NCBI GenBank assembly: GCA_002104945.1
Contig: MCFH01000008.1
Coordinates: forward strand, 248,001 to 312,000
Direction: 5' to 3'
Length of the DNA: 64,000 nt
From: Piromyces finnis finn
Taxonomy: Eukaryota > Fungi > Neocallimastigomycota
Each line of letters opens with the position of its first letter. Within the stretch, counting starts at the first letter, position 1. Below the pieces are notes generated by a model. That model was not told the origin of the DNA, ran no database searches, and saw only the letters and a program-made list of their open reading frames with translations. Made by a program: the position numbers and the translations under genes. This document shows, piece by piece, positions 15,101 through 25,801 of the stretch.

Positions 15101-16129
15101 ACATTATTATAAACAGAAACATTATGAAAACTAATTTCAGCAGTTCTATCACCATTAAACCTTAGTAAATCTCCATTAGATATACAATCATTTATAATTG
15201 AATTTTTGAATGTAAAAGTACGATTATTATTAGAATTATATAGAATTAATGATGAGGCGTCACTATCACCATTACACAGTATTCTAGAAAATACGCAATT
15301 ATCGAGAGATATTGAATTATACATAATGCTAATCATAGCTATAGAGTTTGATATTATATCAAGAAATTTAACATTTGAAAATGTGTAGTTTGATTCATCT
15401 CCGAAAATACTACTCCTATACGAACTTTATATATTTTCAATATTATATTATTACATTTATTGTTTTCTTAATTCGAAGTATAATTTAAATGTAAAACATT
15501 AATGTATATGTATATATATTACGTAATATTCCTAAAAATAGTATCAGAAATAGATATGGTTGAGTATAATGAATTAACGATAACCGGAATTGATAATCTT
15601 GTTATAATATTTGAAAATTCGGATTTTTCAATTACCATTTTACTATAATCTCCTTGAATTAACGAACTTATATCTGAAATTTTTTAATATTAATATAATT
15701 ATAAATGTATAGATTAATTTCAATATCTCAATATAAAAATAGTAATTATAAATGAAGAACAATTATATTGATGGATTACTATTAAAATTTGAATTTGTGA
15801 CATTTAAAAATAAAATTTCGTTATTGAATATTTTTGATGGTTTCATATAAACTAAATATCCATAGTGCGATATGCAATTTCTAAATGAAGTATTTGTAAT
15901 TCTAAGATATATATCAAAGGTAAATAAAAATGTATTTCCTATAATAATTAATATTATCTATATTATATCCTACTCTAATATAGTTTCGTAAAGATCAAAA
16001 AAGGGAATATTAAATTTAACAGCGACATCTTCTATTTTTGAATTAATTAATTTGATTTTATTTCCATTAGTAATAGATTTAATAAATGAACAAGGATACT
16101 CTTTATCTCCATAAATATTATTGAAATAA

Positions 16130-16160
<31 letters not shown>

Positions 16161-17028
16161 GATGAGAAGACAATATACATATAGGCATTAGTAATAAAAT
16201 TATAGATATAATAATTATTATTTGAAAATTACAATTATTAAATTCAAGATTTGCAAAATCAACTTCTCCTATAAATTTTAGATTTTCAAAAAAACAATCC
16301 TTAAAAAGAATTGAAAAACATTCATATGACTTTTTAAAAGAATCATCTTTTTCATGAACTACTTCTAATATTTGATCTAAAGCACTAAAATATAAATTAT
16401 AAATAAAAGAATAAAAAAAAAAAAAAAAAAAAAAAAACTTTACATTTTATTTTATATTTGTTATATCCTATATTTACCTAAACTTGCATTTATTAAATAT
16501 TAATTGAGGAGTAGTTTGGATATGTTTTGTGCATTTAATATTAGACTGAAGAATAGTACCTATACTATCCTTGAATATACAATTATCAAATTCTATAGTA
16601 TAGTTATCCGAATAATCTTTAAAGTTTAAAAAAAACATTTCAATACTTTTTAACTCATAATTTCCAAAATTAGTAAAAGTAATATTTTGAAATACAACAT
16701 TCACTTGATTAGTATTTAAATGAAATGTAAAAGAAGATTGCACACTATTCCGGAAATCAAAAGTTGTTCCATTTTCACTGTAAAAAATTAATGTATTTGC
16801 ATTATAAATATTAAAATGGTTTTTACCAGTTATTGGAATTCTAAATATATCCGTATTAAAAATTATTCTAACTATATTTGAATCTAACAAATTATCTATA
16901 TAACTTCCAATATCTTCCTCCTCCTCTTTAACATATATATCTTTTAAAGATACTTTTCCGATATAATGTATTAAACATAATATCAATAATGTATAATAAT
17001 TATTACAAAATATCGTTGAAAGCTTCAT
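12125..17028 (-). CDS. Receptor B: tandem paralog of receptor A (beta-helix, EGF, class C GPCR-like 7TM)
   Basis: Same exon order as receptor A: signal-peptide exon 16474-17028, FERNQALNGAAIY...GGSIY...GGAIY...SESHGNNYAT (14108-14767), EGF (13638-13919), TM exons 12568-13563 and 12125-12394. Confidence 0.75.
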
Positions 17029-17405
17029 TTTAATTATATGTATTTGTTTTCTTTTTTTTTTTTTTTTTTACATTACATTATCATTTTATTTTATTTTATT
17101 TTATTTTGCTTATAATTTATATATATATATATACTTATTAATTGAAATAAAAAAAGTATATATTTAAAAAATATAGCTTTAATATTGTTTAAAGATAAAA
17201 ATAAAAAACAAAAGAATATGAAAAAAAACTATACTACTTTCATTTAAAAAAAAAAAAAAAAAAAAAAAGAATATAAAAAATATATATATAATAAGTTACT
17301 CTATAAAAAAATTAATAGTTTTATTTTATCCTCATAGCTTATAGTTCATAGGAATATAATATTTTATAATGATTTAAATTATATATTAACATTATTTCAA
17401 TATTA

Positions 17406-17629
17406 GACACGTGATCAAATTGACTATAAGAGGCTTAGCATTGTAGTTGTGAAATATCGTACAACGACATGCATCTAATGTACATGGATTAAGTGAGCGT
17501 CGAAGCTGAAGAAACAGTATGACAGACCAGGAGGGTCACAACCACCTAGCAATAGGAATGAGCCAACGTTTCTCTAAGAACCACCATTGGAGCTAACTCT
17601 GATCGATGGGAGAAATGCACTCGGAAGTT

Positions 17630-17655
<26 letters not shown>
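17406..17655 (+). mobile_element. Short retrotransposed insertion (SINE-like element or 5'-truncated copy of a related LINE)
   Basis: GC-elevated island ending GGAAGTT plus an A-tail (17630-17655). Flanked by the 12-bp direct repeat ATTTCAATATTA (17394-17405 and 17655-17666). 17495-17538 matches LINE 30262-30305 at 39/44 nt, ungapped. Confidence 0.85.
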
Positions 17656-17660
<5 letters not shown>

Positions 17661-18144
17661 ATATTAATATAAAATTTAAGTAAAAAAAGTTCTTTATTAT
17701 TTAATTAAAATTTCCTATAAAAAGAAATTGGATAATTACATATTTATTTATATTTTATTATCATATATATAAATTTAAAATGCCAATAATAACCATTCAT
17801 TTTTTAAAATATTAAATAGAAAAAATAGTAAAATTACTACTTTTTTTTAAAAAATAAAAAATACTTTTTATATTGAAGTCTTATTCATATACTTTTAAAA
17901 TAAAGGTAATCATTATTTTTTCTACCACTAATTAAGAAAACTTTTTTGAAAAAGAGGAAAAACTTTAAATACAAAAAAATATTAATATTTTCCCTAAAAT
18001 TTAATATGGAAAAAATATTTAGAAAAACAAAAAAATTTTCCATAGTAAAAATAGTGAAGGGAAATATAAATGAAATTTTGATATTTAATTAATTTTTAAT
18101 ATTAAATTCCTACTTTACCATGAAATTTATGTATAAAAAAAAAA

Positions 18145-18217
18145 TACACCATGATACTATGTGAAGTATCACATAGTACCATAGTATCATAGTGTGTGTG
18201 TTTTTTTTATCCCCACA
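18145..18217. repeat. Nested inverted repeats built from CATAGTA/TACTATG units
   Basis: TACTATGTGA (18155-18164) pairs with TCACATAGTA (18169-18178). ATGATACTATG (18151-18161) pairs with CATAGTATCAT (18180-18190). CACAT-AGTA-ATGTG at ~18204-18217. Confidence 0.6.
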
Positions 18218-20303
18218 TAGTAATGTGATATATATTTCAATTGTTCAACTTTTTATTTAAGAAAAAAAAAAAAGAATAAATAATATTGTATAAAAGTCCT
18301 TTCATTTTTTTTTTTTTTTAAATTTTATTAAAAATGACATGATATCTTTATTATTAAGTAATATTCTACATTATTAATATTTTAATTTTATGATTTAAAT
18401 ATAAATTAAATCTAGATTTAGAATTATTGAAAATGACAATGTATATTTTTTTTCCTCTAATCATACATATATAAAGATTCAAGTATATGTAAAAAAAAAA
18501 ACTAATTATTAGTTTTATTCACATTTTAAATTAAAAATAGTTTTTTTTTTTTAACATTAAAAATAGTAAGTTTTTGAAAAAGGTGTGATGGAATTTAGTT
18601 ACATTACAATAAAAAGTAAATATAAATCTATTAATGTATATAATGTATTGTAATAACTTGTAATGTAAATGTAATGATTATCAAATACATTTTCTCAATA
18701 AAAGATAAAGAAATAAATATATAGAATAAGGTTTATTAGTAATTCTACATATTTAGTTTAATTTCCTATTCATTAAAGTTTACCTCCAAAAATAATAATT
18801 CTTTTAATAGATAAAAGTTAAAAATGACTATTGACATATATATGTATTTTTTTAAGTTTTCCATTAACCATTTATCATTATTATTAAATAGGTTTATCAA
18901 TGAATTTTATGTATATACTAATTGGTAGAGTATTAATGTTTATAAAAATATAAAAAAACGATTACTATAAAAGTTATTAAGGGTTAGAAGATATGAATAT
19001 GATGATTTTATTATTTATTAAAATTTCCATTTCTATAAAATCGAATGTTTTTTTTTTTTTTTTTTAATATATTAATTATATGACATTCTATTTTTCTTTA
19101 AATATTTATATATTATATCATTCAATTCTACCAAGACAAAAAAACAAATCATTTTTTTCTTTTATCAACTCTACTATTTTTACTGGTGGTTTGATAAAAA
19201 AAAAGGTGACTTTTATTATTAAAACAATAAAAGTCCTTCTTTTAATTTCATTCAATTTTATCTTATAATTAACTTTCTTTTCTAATATTGCCTTTTTTTT
19301 TCTTCCATCTTCTAATATTAAACTATATTTATTTATCCTTTCATTGGATAAATAAAATCTACAGATTTTTTCATTAAAAAAAAGCAAAAATTTTCACAAA
19401 ATGTGCCATATATTGTCAGTATATTATAATATATTAACAAATATATTATTTTTAAATAATTAGTATAATTGAATAAATAAATAATTTTTATATTTACACT
19501 CAATAATGCATAATAAAAAAAGAATAGAACGTGTGTGGGCATTAAATTAAAAGTGTTACTTTAAAATTTAGGTTCAAAATATAATTGAAGATTCAAGTTT
19601 TTTTTGATAGTTTTTTTATATTTTATTTAGTCTTCATTAAAGAAAAGTTCTAAATAAATAAAAAAAGAAAACCACAGTATTTAAAATTAAAAAAAAAAAA
19701 GAAATCAAAATTAAATACTCAAAATCTTGTGAATTATAATTGCAATTCTTTTATGATTTTTTTTTATTTTTGCTAAAGAAATTTTATTAATTTTATTTTG
19801 AATTTATTTTTTAATATATTAATATATGGCTTAAATATATTTTAATTTAATATGTAATATACAGAAAAAATTATGGATTTTTTTTTTAGATTTTTAATTT
19901 CCCAAAATTGAAAAGTTTTTAATATATCTAATATTAATAATATATTGTACAATATATTCAAATTATATGTAATAATATATTAAAATATAAAAAAGTTTAA
20001 AGACTTTTTTATATAAAAGAAGTTATTTGTGTAGTTTTTTTTTTTTTAATATTTTTTATCAACTATTAAAAATATTAATTATATGGCATTATAGAATATT
20101 AATCATAATCATAAAACCATTCTAAATAGACAAAAGCAAACGTCATAATTACAACATTACTATTTGGTTTGTCATATAATTAATAGCTTTTGAAATTAAA
20201 TAAAATTAATAAATAAAGCAAAACTAGAACAATTCAAAAAAAAAAAAAGAAAAGAAAAGAAAAAACAAACAAATAAATATTTAATAATTTAATAATTAAA
20301 AAA

Positions 20304-23300
20304 ATGTCAGCTACAGAAAATACAGTTGATATAACGGATGTACCAGCGTCTAATGATAAAACTATAGATCCTAAAATAGAGGATAATGAGGCTAAACCTG
20401 TATCCTATTTAGGTCTTTTTAAATATTCAACAACTCTTGAAAAATTCATGGTAATTTTCGGTCTTATTGGTGCAATAGCCCAAGGTCTTACCATGCCAAT
20501 TATGATTGAAGTTATGAGTGATTTAATTAACATATTCATGAATCTTGTAGCTTCTGTAACCATTAGAAATTTAATTGGTATTCAAGATAATGATGACCTT
20601 ATTGTCGAATTTTTAAATAAAGCCACTGGTGGCGACCAACAAGCATTAGGTTCATTTTTAGCTCAACATCCAGAAATTGATATAAATAAATTACAAAATG
20701 CCTCCCAAAGTTTCGATGCTTCTGCTTACGGTGAAGCCTTCAATGTTGCTTCTTTATTTATGCCAAGTCATGATTTTTGGCATCAATTCCGTAAATATAT
20801 GTTATATTTAGTCATTGTAGCTATTGTTTCTTTTGTTGGTTCATTCCTTATGGATGCTTTCCTCACAGTATCATCTATGCGTCAAGTTACCACTATAAGA
20901 TCATTAACATTTAAATCTATTATAAAGCAAGAAATTCCATGGCATGAAAAAACAAGTCCAGGTGAATTAGCTTCTCGTATTATTAGCGATACTATTTTAA
21001 TTGAAGAAGGTATAGGATTTAAACTTGGTATGGTTGTACAAAGTGTAGTTACATTCATTGCATGTTTCGTATTGGCTTATAAGGCAGGTTGGAAATTATC
21101 ATTGGCAATGTCAGTAATTATACCTATAATTCTCATATTAGTTGTTGGTATGGCTGTTGTATTAAGAAAGTATACTAAAAAAACTCAAGATGCCTACGCA
21201 GAATTAGGTGGTATTGCTCAAGAAGCCTTCTCTCAAATTAGAACTATTGTTTCTTTCGGTACTGAACAAAAAGAAATTGATCGTTATGTTAGCAAATTGA
21301 AACCAACCAAGAAGTATGGTATTATTAAAGGTAATGCATTTGGAATTACCCTTGGTCTAGTATTTGGTGTTGTTTTCTCTTCTTACTCCATTGCTTTTAT
21401 TTATGGTACACACCTTATTCAAGATGGTGAAATGCAATATGGTGATGTTCTTAGTGTATTTATGGGTATTATGATGGGTGCAATGACTTTTTCTGGTGTA
21501 GGTGCAATGTTAAGTTCTTTCAGTGAAGCCACTGGTGCTGCTGCAAAACTTTTCGATATTATTGAACGTGAACCAAAAATTAAATTAGAAGGTGGTTTAA
21601 TTCCAGATAAACCAACAGAAGGTCATATTGAATTCCAGGATGTTCGTTTCAACTATCCTTCTCGTCCAGACGTAGAAGTATTAAAAGGTATTTCTTTCAA
21701 ATGTTTACCTGGTCAAACTGTAGCCTTAGTAGGTGCTTCTGGTTCCGGTAAATCAACAGCTGTCCAATTATTAGAAAGATTCTACAACAAAAAGAGCGGT
21801 AGAATTTTAATTGATGGAAAGGATATCGAAGAATATAATGTTCAATGGATTCGTTCACAAATCGGTTTGGTATCGCAAGAACCTACTTTATTCGATAATT
21901 CTGTTGCTAAAAATATTGCTATTAATAGTCCAAATGCTACTCAAGAACAAATTGAAGAAGCTGCTAAATTAGCAAATGCTCACGAATTCATTCAAAAATT
22001 ATCAAATGGATATGAAACTAGTACTGGTGAAAGAGGTTTACAAATGAGTGGTGGTCAAAAACAACGTATTTGTATTGCTCGTGCTTTAATTAATAATCCA
22101 AAGATTTTATTATTGGATGAAGCTACCTCTGCATTAGATAATAAATCGGAAAAGGTTGTTCAAGCCGCTTTAGATTCTGCCGCTTCAGGTAGAACTACAT
22201 TAGTTATTGCTCATCGTTTATCAACAATTAAAAACGCTGATTTAATTATTGTTATGGAAAAGGGTATTATTATTGAATCCGGTACACACGATGAATTAAT
22301 GAAAATGAAAAAGTATTACTATAACTTAGTTAAAAATCAAGAAATTAAAATTAAGGAAGATGAAAAAGATCCAGATTCTGAAGCTGAGGATGGTGATCCA
22401 GATGCCATTCAACAAACTCAATTTGTTGAACCAGTCACTACTACCCGTCGTGAAACCACTGTTTTAAGTCGTATTGCCTCTTCTATTTCAATGTCTCGTC
22501 GTCAAACTACCGGTGGATTAAGTGAAAAGAGTACACATGAAGCATCTGGCAAATCTTATGGATTAAGCGATATGGAATGGAAAAGATACTTTAATATGAA
22601 TAAACCATATTGGTTAACTAATTTACTCGGATTTATTGGTGCTTTATTTAATGGTGCTATTCAACCAGCCTTTGCCTTTATTTTCTCAGAAGCTCTTAAT
22701 ACTTTCACTAAACAAGGTGATGATTTAATTGATGGTGGAAAATTCTGGGGTATTATGTTCATTGTTTTAGGTGTTTGTAATTTCTTCTCTTTCTACTTTA
22801 ATATGGGTGGTTTCTTCATTGCTGGTGAACAACTTTCCTACGATTTACGTAAAAGTATGTACAACAATATGATTCGTCAAGAAGTTGGATTCTTTGATAC
22901 CAATGATATTGGTGATGGTACAGAAAAGGCAGGTGGTCAAGGACGTGGTGCAACAACCACTAGTACAGGTACATTAACCGCTAAATTAGCTACTGAAGCA
23001 GGTCTTGTTAATGGTTTAAACACAAATATTGGACAAGTATTCCAACAAATTGTCACTGTTGTTGGTGGTTTTGGTATTGCCTTCTATAATGGATGGAAAT
23101 TAACTTTAATTCTTTTAATTGCTGTTCCATTCCTTTTCATTGGTTCATTCATTAGAGGAAAAGCTATCAGAAACAAAAATAAGGAAAACAGAGCTATTTT
23201 TGAAAACAGTGCTAAAGTTGCCACTGAAGCCATCATTAGTGTTAAAACGGTTTACTCATTAAATCTTTCAGATTACTTTATCAATTTATATGATGAAAAA

Positions 23301-24410
23301 TTAAGAGAACCAGAAAAGCGTCTTGAACACAGAGCCTATATTAGTGCTATTGGTACTGGTTTTAGTAATGCTGTTTCTTTTGTTGCCTTCATTATTGGAT
23401 ACTGGGTTGGTGCTAAATTCATTGAAAATGGTGAAATTCAATTTGATAATATGTTCAAGGTTTTAATGGCTATTATTTTAACTGCCATGGCTGTTGGTCA
23501 AAGTAGTTCAATTATTAGTGAAACAAACAAGGCTGTAGAAGCTTTCCTTCACGTTCTTGAAATTATTGATCGTAAACCAAAAATCGATGCTCGTGATACT
23601 AATGGTACCACAAAATCCTCAGAAGACTTTAAGGCTGATCTTGAATTTAGTAATATTCGTTTCCGTTATCCATCTCGTCCAAAGGTCACCGTTTTACGTA
23701 TGGGTGATAAAAAGATTAACATACCATCAGGTAAAATGTGTGCTTTTGTTGGTGCTTCTGGTAGTGGTAAAAGTACAATTATTGGTTTACTTCCACGTTG
23801 GTATGATATTAACCATGGTTCAGTTAAGGTGGATGATGTTGAAAATAAAGAATATAACATTAAATGGCTTCGTCAACAAATTGGTATTGTTAATCAAGAA
23901 CCATGTCTTTTCAACATTTCTATTAAGGAAAATATTAAATATGGTAAATTGGATGCTACCGATGAAGAAATTTATGAAGCTTGTAAAAAGGCAAACATTC
24001 ATGACTTTATTATGTCTCTTCCAGAAAAGTATGATACCTTAGTTGGTGGTCTTGGTACTTCACAAATGAGTGGTGGTCAAAAGCAACGTATTGCTATTGC
24101 TCGTGCCATGATTCGTAATCCAAAGATTTTATTATTAGATGAAGCTACCTCTGCTTTAGATGCCGAATCCGAATTAATTGTACAAAAAGCATTAGAAGAA
24201 GCATCTGAAGGTCGTACTACCATTACCATTGCTCATCGTCTATCTACTATTAAAAATGCTGATCTTATTTGTGTCTTTAGAGAAGGACGTATTATTGAAA
24301 TGGGTAATCACGAAGAACTTATGGAAAAGAAGGGAGAATATTATAATATGGTTTTAGCTGGTGATGGTAGTATTGCTAGTGGAAATGAAATTGCTAAAAA
24401 GGATGAATAA
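20304..24410 (+). CDS. ABC transporter subfamily B (MDR1/P-glycoprotein-like), paralog 1, intronless
   Basis: Single 1368-aa ORF with TMD-NBD-TMD-NBD layout. Walker A GASGSGKS twice, signature MSGGQKQRI twice, ILLLDEATSALD twice, and AHRLST. Confidence 0.95.
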   Translation: MSATENTVDITDVPASNDKTIDPKIEDNEAKPVSYLGLFKYSTTLEKFMVIFGLIGAIAQGLTMPIMIEVMSDLINIFMNLVASVTIRNLIGIQDNDDLIVEFLNKATGGDQQALGSFLAQHPEIDINKLQNASQSFDASAYGEAFNVASLFMPSHDFWHQFRKYMLYLVIVAIVSFVGSFLMDAFLTVSSMRQVTTIRSLTFKSIIKQEIPWHEKTSPGELASRIISDTILIEEGIGFKLGMVVQSVVTFIACFVLAYKAGWKLSLAMSVIIPIILILVVGMAVVLRKYTKKTQDAYAELGGIAQEAFSQIRTIVSFGTEQKEIDRYVSKLKPTKKYGIIKGNAFGITLGLVFGVVFSSYSIAFIYGTHLIQDGEMQYGDVLSVFMGIMMGAMTFSGVGAMLSSFSEATGAAAKLFDIIEREPKIKLEGGLIPDKPTEGHIEFQDVRFNYPSRPDVEVLKGISFKCLPGQTVALVGASGSGKSTAVQLLERFYNKKSGRILIDGKDIEEYNVQWIRSQIGLVSQEPTLFDNSVAKNIAINSPNATQEQIEEAAKLANAHEFIQKLSNGYETSTGERGLQMSGGQKQRICIARALINNPKILLLDEATSALDNKSEKVVQAALDSAASGRTTLVIAHRLSTIKNADLIIVMEKGIIIESGTHDELMKMKKYYYNLVKNQEIKIKEDEKDPDSEAEDGDPDAIQQTQFVEPVTTTRRETTVLSRIASSISMSRRQTTGGLSEKSTHEASGKSYGLSDMEWKRYFNMNKPYWLTNLLGFIGALFNGAIQPAFAFIFSEALNTFTKQGDDLIDGGKFWGIMFIVLGVCNFFSFYFNMGGFFIAGEQLSYDLRKSMYNNMIRQEVGFFDTNDIGDGTEKAGGQGRGATTTSTGTLTAKLATEAGLVNGLNTNIGQVFQQIVTVVGGFGIAFYNGWKLTLILLIAVPFLFIGSFIRGKAIRNKNKENRAIFENSAKVATEAIISVKTVYSLNLSDYFINLYDEKLREPEKRLEHRAYISAIGTGFSNAVSFVAFIIGYWVGAKFIENGEIQFDNMFKVLMAIILTAMAVGQSSSIISETNKAVEAFLHVLEIIDRKPKIDARDTNGTTKSSEDFKADLEFSNIRFRYPSRPKVTVLRMGDKKINIPSGKMCAFVGASGSGKSTIIGLLPRWYDINHGSVKVDDVENKEYNIKWLRQQIGIVNQEPCLFNISIKENIKYGKLDATDEEIYEACKKANIHDFIMSLPEKYDTLVGGLGTSQMSGGQKQRIAIARAMIRNPKILLLDEATSALDAESELIVQKALEEASEGRTTITIAHRLSTIKNADLICVFREGRIIEMGNHEELMEKKGEYYNMVLAGDGSIASGNEIAKKDE

Positions 24411-24905
24411 ATAAATTGATTTTTATTTCATTTTCATTTTATTTTTTAAAAAATATTTATTTTACCATACATAAAAATTATTTATATATTATTTACCATT
24501 CATTTATTATTATTATCTCAAAGTTATATTTCATTTTAAAAAAACATTTTTTTTTTTTTTTAATTTTTTGTTATTCTATTTCATATTTATTTAAGAACTA
24601 AAAAAGAAAAAAATAATATAAGCATTTAAAGATTTATTATAAAATATCATCAATATTACTAAAAAAATAAAGAAAGAAATTATATAATTATTATAGAGAA
24701 TATAGAAAATAATATTTAATAAAATTTGCCAATATAATAAAAAAAAAAAAAAAAAATAATAGTTTAACAATACGTGAAATTTAGTGTTGTGTGTGCAGTG
24801 TTGTAATGTTGTAATGTGGGAAAAAAAAAAAGAAAATTGAAATAGTCTTCTTCCTATGATATATATATAAATTTATTTTTTAGTTTTTACACTTTTCAAT
24901 TGATT

Positions 24906-25198
24906 GTCCTCTTGGGAACGTGCCTTCATTTATTTAATAAATGTAGTTTCTCAAGGGGGTCTACTCATGCTCATGGTACTGAGAGAGTAGAAAGAATTAA
25001 ATCCAAGTATTGCGCAATGGATGCTTGGTGCCCTCTTAGGAACGTGCCTTCATTTATTTAATAATGGAGTTTATCAAGGGGGTCTACTCATGCTCATGGT
25101 ACTGAGAGAGTAGAAAGAATTAAATCCAAGCATTGCGCAATGGATGCTTGGTTAGTCTTTAAGGGAAAATTATTAGGACTAAGCTCATGGTACTGAGC
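24906..25198 (+). repeat. Two tandem ~124-bp monomers plus a partial third hairpin at the LINE 5' end
   Basis: 24906-25029 and 25030-25152 are near-identical. CTCATGGTACTGAG occurs at 24970, 25093 and 25184. Confidence 0.9.
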
Positions 25199-25801
25199 GA
25201 TTAAAAAACATTTTATTCATCGAATTTAAGTATTTGATGAATAAGTTGAATGTTTGATACTCAGGTAAGTTTGTATAGTATTTAATTAGAAGAGTAATAC
25301 ATTTTGTTGCTGTATTTTTTTCTTTTATTCATGTATTCATGTAGTACTACTCTTCTCTTGTAAGAATCCAATGTAGTCAACTTTAGCATTTGCATTGTAT
25401 TTTTATATTCATGTAGCTATTGTTGTATTGTTTCTTGTAAGAGACTGATTCACTCTACATCATGTAAAAATACTATTCACAAGCTTTCTGGTGTCGACAT
25501 TCTTGATTCAAATTTTTTACCAATTTAAATATTTAATGAAAAGTAAAGTCAAACAATTTTAGTGTCAAAAGCGAATCGAATTTACTAACAACAAACCAAA
25601 ACTAGAATTTTTAAAAAAAGTTAACAACTAGAATTCAAAAAAAAAAAAAGAAACTTTAAACAAAGCATCGTAACAATTTTTGTACTATCCAGTACTTTTA
25701 ATAAGAGAGAGAGAGACAGATTTTTTTCCATATACGTTATATTTATAATTTTTATTAGTATTTATTTTATATTCAATATTTTTTAATTAGAATTAATTAT
25801 C

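Noticed and set aside
17406-17655. tRNA, 7SL/SRP, snRNA or group I intron identity for the short insert
   Set aside because: No B box, no SRP helix-8 motif and no snRNA signatures. GACTATA has no matching S element.
24906-25200. Hammerhead or HDV-like ribozyme call for the 5' monomers
   Set aside because: CTGAGAG does not fit CUGANGA, and I found no P2 pseudoknot partner, L3 or J4/2 consensus. Left unclassified.
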